DNA of 64,000 nt from a bacterium (GTDB taxonomy: Bacteria; UBA8248; JACPRG01; G963555815). The stretch is taken from positions 1 through 64,000 of the forward strand of contig CAUVWX020000002.1 in NCBI GenBank assembly GCA_963555815.3, written 5' to 3'. A program made the position numbers and the translations under genes. Positions 59,867 to 64,000 of this stretch are shown piece by piece. Under the pieces are notes generated by a model. The model was not told the DNA's origin. It saw nothing but the letters and a program-made list of their open reading frames with translations, and searched no databases. The stretch's first letter is position 1; every line of letters starts with the position of its first letter.

Positions 59867-61393
59867 TCAGTGGACCTCCCGAGCCCGATGGGTTCCCTTG
59901 CCGTAACCCAGTTCTCGAATGGCCACCCTTGCCTCTTCCCGGTCGTCGAAGGGAACGACCTCTCGGCCGAGGATCTGATAGTCCTCGTGGCCCTTTCCCG
60001 CGATCACGATGCCGTCTCCCGCCTCAGCCATCCCAATGGCTTCGCGGATCGCCTTTCGACGGTCTACGCAGGTTGTGTATTGCGAAGGCCCCTTTCCCAG
60101 GCCCTTCAGCCCCACCTCGATCTCCCGAATGATGGCCTCGGGGTCTTCAGTCCGGGGATTGTCGGAAGTGATGAGGACGAAATCTGCGACCTTCCCGGCC
60201 GCCGTGCCCATTCGGGGCCGCTTGGTCCGGTCTCTGTCTCCACCGCATCCCATGACGGCGATGAGGCGCCCTTCAATGAGCTCCCGGGCGACGTTCAGGA
60301 CGCGGCTGAGAGCTTCCTCGGTATGAGCGTAATCTACGACGACAGTAAAGGGTTGGCCAAGGTTGATCGGCTCGAAGCGGCCAGGGACCGAGGAGAGGTT
60401 TGAGACGCCGACTTGAATGGCCTCGGTGTTGAGACCCAGGGCGAGGGCCGTGGCCACTGATGAAAGGATGTTGTAGACATTGTGAGTCCCAAGTAAGGGG
60501 GAGCGAAGTGACATTGGCCCCCGGGGACAGCGAAGCTCAAAGGAAAGCCCGGACCAGCCTGCGGTTACCCCTTTGGCGCCCACTGCGGCCTCCGAGTCTA
60601 GCCCATAGGTGAGGCCCTCCTTCCCCCCCCGAGTGCCCACCATCCCCTTCCAGATGCGCTGGCCGTAAGGATCGTCAATATTCACCACGGCTGCTCGCAG
60701 GGGATGCTCCCTGAAGAGACTTTCCTTGGCGGCAAAATAGTTCTCAAGGGAGTGATGAAAATCTAGATGGTCCTGAGTGAGATTGGTGAAGACGGCGACG
60801 TCGAACTCCATCCCCCGGACGCGGTCCAGGGCCAAGCCGTGGGAGGAGACCTCAAGGAGGCAGTGGTCCAGGCCCTCGTCCACCATCTTGCGGACCGTCC
60901 CTTGAAGCTCCGGGGCCTGAGGTGTGGTTTGACCTGCGGGGGAAGATTTTTGGCCGATCCGGTACGAAATGGTTCCGATGACGCCCGGGCGATGGCCCGC
61001 AGCCTTCAGGATAGACTCGGTGAGGTAGGTCCAGGTGGTCTTGCCATTGGTTCCGGTGACGCCGAGGACCCTGATCTCATCTGAGGGGTGACCATAAAAG
61101 ACATCCGCCAGGTGGGCGAGGACCCGGCGCGTATCGGGGACGGTGATGACGGTGACTTCCCTTGAGGCGGTGGGGACCTTCGCCACCTCTGAGACCACCA
61201 CGCCCACCGCCCCGCGTTTGATGGCCTCCTCTACATGGATGTGGCCGTCAGTCTGGGATCCTGGCAGGGCGATGAAGAGGTCCCCCGGGCAGAGGCTTCG
61301 AGAATCATAAGAAAGGCCACTGGCCTCAACCCCCTGGGGTCCTCTGACCTGGTGACCCGTAAGGCCCGAGATGAGCTGGTCGATACGGGCCAA
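59867..61393 (-). CDS. murE: UDP-MurNAc-dipeptide meso-DAP ligase
   Basis: TGTNGKTT, EVSSH, DYAHT, DNPR (DAP-type motif), GKGHEDYQ. Confidence 0.95.
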   Translation of the reverse strand: MARIDQLISGLTGHQVRGPQGVEASGLSYDSRSLCPGDLFIALPGSQTDGHIHVEEAIKRGAVGVVVSEVAKVPTASREVTVITVPDTRRVLAHLADVFYGHPSDEIRVLGVTGTNGKTTWTYLTESILKAAGHRPGVIGTISYRIGQKSSPAGQTTPQAPELQGTVRKMVDEGLDHCLLEVSSHGLALDRVRGMEFDVAVFTNLTQDHLDFHHSLENYFAAKESLFREHPLRAAVVNIDDPYGQRIWKGMVGTRGGKEGLTYGLDSEAAVGAKGVTAGWSGLSFELRCPRGPMSLRSPLLGTHNVYNILSSVATALALGLNTEAIQVGVSNLSSVPGRFEPINLGQPFTVVVDYAHTEEALSRVLNVARELIEGRLIAVMGCGGDRDRTKRPRMGTAAGKVADFVLITSDNPRTEDPEAIIREIEVGLKGLGKGPSQYTTCVDRRKAIREAIGMAEAGDGIVIAGKGHEDYQILGREVVPFDDREEARVAIRELGYGKGTHRAREVH

Positions 61394-61404
61394 TCCTACC
61401 CCCT

Positions 61405-63198
61405 TCAGGCCCCTGGTTCGGCTGGGTCCCTTCCCGAGCGGAGCGTGAGGGCCTCATCGCGAGGGATCCTGAGATAGCGCAGCGTCCGGCCAGCGATCTC
61501 TCGAAAGATGGGGGCCGCCACAGAGCCCCCGTAGATGTCTTCCTTTGGGGAATCGATCGTCACCAGGATGACCACGCGGGGCCGTTCTGCCGGCGAAAAA
61601 CCTACGAAAGAGGCAACATAGCGCCCATTTTCATAGGTCCCGGTTGCCGGATCCACCTGCTGGGCTGTGCCGGTCTTGCCACCCGCGGTGTAGCCTGGAG
61701 GTTTCGCTTTTTTTCCGGTCCCTCGCTCCACAACCCCCCTGAGGGCCTCCCTCAGGGTCTCCGCCACCTCTGCTCCCAAGACCCGTCGGACGATCTTGGG
61801 GGCGAAAATGCGGACGGTTCGGCCATTTCGCTCGATGGACTTGACAACGCGGGGGCGCATCAGGTAACCACCATTGGCGATGGCCCCGTAAGCGGCGACA
61901 AGCTGAAGGGGGGTGACGGCGATTTCGTGCCCTATGGGCAGGGCTGCCATGGAGGCTCGAGTCCACGCCCGGGGGGGTCTGAGGATTCCGGGAGACTCCC
62001 CGGGAAGACCTGATCTGGACCGTTCGCCGAATCCAAAGGCCCGGATGTAGCGATCAAGAAGGGCAGGTCCCACCTCCTGGGCCATCTTGACGGTTCCGAT
62101 GTTGCTGGATTGTTCGAGGATCTGGCGGACCGTTAGATCCTCATGGGGGTGAAGGTCCTGGATGATCCGCCCTGCGAAGGGCCACCTTCCCCCCTCGACA
62201 TAGAAGGTGTCCTCTGCATGTCCGCCCCTGCCTTCCAGGTACGCCGCCGCTGTTACCACCTTAAAGGTGGAGCCCGGCTCGTAGACGTCGGCGGCGCTGC
62301 GAATGCGCGAGGCCCCCGGCCCGTAGAGTCGAAATTGGTTTGGGTCGAAAGAGGGGACCTCGGCAAGGGCCAAGATGTTCCCCGTCTCCGGCTCCATCAC
62401 GATGACGGTGCCAGAAGCGGCCCCCACCCTCTGAACGCCGTTGGCGAGGGCTCTTTCTGCGATGTGCTGTATGGACTCGTCCATGGCGAGGACCACATCG
62501 CTTCCTCTGAGGCCGGGGGACGGGAGGAGCTCGGGGGGCAGAAGGGTTCGGCCCAGGGCGTCTCTGAAGACCTTTCTGCGGCCGGGGATCCCGCGAAGGT
62601 GGACGTTAAGTGCGTACTCCACCCCCGAAAGACCTTCCTCATCTATCCCCACAAAGCCCAACAGTTGTCCCGCCAGATGCCCCTTGGGGTAGAAACGTTT
62701 TTTCTCCGGTACAGAATCGATCCCGCCCAGGGCGAGCGCACGCACCTGATCCATCTGGGCGGGGGTGACCTTCCGGCTTATCCACACGAACTCCCTCTTG
62801 GACGTCAGGCTCTGCCTGAGGTCTGCCAGCGGGAGGTCGAGTACTTTGGAGAGAAGCCGGGCCGCGGCAGTCGGCTCCGCCAGGGCGGCAGGCCGTGCGA
62901 AGACGGAATCGGTGTTCATGCTTAGGGCGAGCATTCGTTTGCGCCGATCCCATATGACCCCACGCTGAGGCTGCAGGGGTTCGATCTTCGTATACTGTCG
63001 CTCGGCCCGGCTCATGATAGGCGCGTGTTGGTGGATCTGAAGGTAGTAAAGTCGAACGGCGATCACAGAAAGACCCAGGAAAGAGAGCAATAGAAATCCG
63101 GCGAATCGCCGGAGAAAACGGCTTCTCGACATCAAGTCTCGATCCACACGCCGCCGCCTTCTGGAATTTAAAGGCTGGCGAGGACGATCTTTCCGCAT
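61405..63198 (-). CDS. ftsI: Class B PBP FtsI (PBP3)
   Basis: RGVIWDR, RFYP, EPGSTFK, SSN, KTGTAQ. Confidence 0.94.
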   Translation of the reverse strand: MRKDRPRQPLNSRRRRRVDRDLMSRSRFLRRFAGFLLLSFLGLSVIAVRLYYLQIHQHAPIMSRAERQYTKIEPLQPQRGVIWDRRKRMLALSMNTDSVFARPAALAEPTAAARLLSKVLDLPLADLRQSLTSKREFVWISRKVTPAQMDQVRALALGGIDSVPEKKRFYPKGHLAGQLLGFVGIDEEGLSGVEYALNVHLRGIPGRRKVFRDALGRTLLPPELLPSPGLRGSDVVLAMDESIQHIAERALANGVQRVGAASGTVIVMEPETGNILALAEVPSFDPNQFRLYGPGASRIRSAADVYEPGSTFKVVTAAAYLEGRGGHAEDTFYVEGGRWPFAGRIIQDLHPHEDLTVRQILEQSSNIGTVKMAQEVGPALLDRYIRAFGFGERSRSGLPGESPGILRPPRAWTRASMAALPIGHEIAVTPLQLVAAYGAIANGGYLMRPRVVKSIERNGRTVRIFAPKIVRRVLGAEVAETLREALRGVVERGTGKKAKPPGYTAGGKTGTAQQVDPATGTYENGRYVASFVGFSPAERPRVVILVTIDSPKEDIYGGSVAAPIFREIAGRTLRYLRIPRDEALTLRSGRDPAEPGA

Positions 63199-63215
63199 CA
63201 AGGCTTTCTCCAGTC

Positions 63216-63578
63216 CTATTTCTCTTGAAGCAGTGACACTTCCTTAGATGCGGGGCGGACCCATCTAAGCTGCTCCGGCGAGGGGTCCGTCATCCCGAGG
63301 TCCCTGCGGGCGATCTCATCAATGCGGGAGGGGGACCGAAGGCCGGCCCGCTCCACCTTCAGCTCGGCGTTCAGCTGCGCGAGTTGGGATTTCTCGACCT
63401 GGAGGCGATTGAACTCGTAGCCCAGTTGCACCGCCTGGAGGTGAGGCCAGCTGAAGGCCATGGCAGCAAGGAAGATGGGCAGCGGAGAGAGGAGGTAAAA
63501 CCAAGGACCCCCTCTTCGCCTTTTTCTAGGAGAGGCGCTGCGCCCCCGTCTGGGCATGAACCGGCGGAGAGCGCCCAT
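63216..63578 (-). CDS. ftsL: Cell division protein FtsL
   Basis: TM plus leucine zipper, SPSRIDEIARRDLGM; between rsmH and ftsI. Confidence 0.85.
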   Translation of the reverse strand: MGALRRFMPRRGRSASPRKRRRGGPWFYLLSPLPIFLAAMAFSWPHLQAVQLGYEFNRLQVEKSQLAQLNAELKVERAGLRSPSRIDEIARRDLGMTDPSPEQLRWVRPASKEVSLLQEK

Positions 63579-64000
63579 CAGGGTATCCTCCGTGCCGCCC
63601 GGAATTTTGCGCTCCGGGCCCGGGGATTGAGATGGACTTCCTCCTCATCGGGCGTGATAGGCCTCTTGGTGAGGATCTCAAGAATGGACTGACCGCCGCA
63701 GACGCAGACGGCGACCGAGGGGGGGCACTGGCACCCCATGGCGAAGTGGCGAAAGGTCCGCTTCACGATTCGGTCTTCGAGGGAGTGATAGGAGATGACA
63801 CCCAGCCGCCCCTCAGGGGCCATGGCCTCCACGGCGGCATTCAGGGCGAGGGCGAGGGAATCGAGCTCTTGGTTCACGGCGATCCGAAGGGCCTGAAAGG
63901 TCCGGGTGGCCGGGTGGCGCCCGCGGGGCCAGCCCTTCCTCGGGATCGTAGAGGCGACGAGGGCTGCGAGCTCGTCGGTCCTCGTAATGGGGTGCTTTTG
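63578..64000 (-). CDS. rsmH: 16S rRNA m4C1402 methyltransferase, 3' part
   Basis: [38 protein letters not shown]; 5' end outside the window. Confidence 0.95.
   Translation of the reverse strand, partial: QKHPITRTDELAALVASTIPRKGWPRGRHPATRTFQALRIAVNQELDSLALALNAAVEAMAPEGRLGVISYHSLEDRIVKRTFRHFAMGCQCPPSVAVCVCGGQSILEILTKRPITPDEEEVHLNPRARSAKFRAARRIP

Overview
GC-rich bacterial chromosome segment from a diderm, LPS-making organism. Gene order (lysS-lolC/E-lolD-clpC-bamA-skp-lpxD-fabZ-lpxA-...-lpxI-lpxB) and a long SRP RNA suggest a deep-branching lineage such as Nitrospinota/Tectomicrobia, NC10 or relatives; this is inference and cannot be fixed from the window. About 58 kb is housekeeping: tRNA-Ser(GGA), large SRP RNA, dnaX-ybaB-recR, PBP1A, HNH-uvrB-uvrC-lnt-prfB(+1 frameshift)-lysS, an outer-membrane/lipid A cluster, lptFG, a 2-oxoacid dehydrogenase E1a/E1b/E2 set, a ChdC/Cld-family protein, and the dcw cluster from rsmH (partial) to ftsZ. 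The first ~5.8 kb looks accessory: a toxin-first HigBA-type pair under an apparently leaderless promoter, a truncated phage late-control-D/tail-hub gene, a repeat array plus an inverted-repeat att-like site around a tRNA-3'-like core, and an rhlE-typA pair with a long structured leader. No CRISPR array, intact transposase, integrase or rRNA was seen, and I cannot support a complete new multi-gene system. The best leads are a candidate E. coli-like -1 frameshift in dnaX, the att-like site with phased repeats, the rhlE leader RNA, probable GlcN3N lipid A (GnnA-like gene plus variant LpxA), and a terminator just upstream of waaA.
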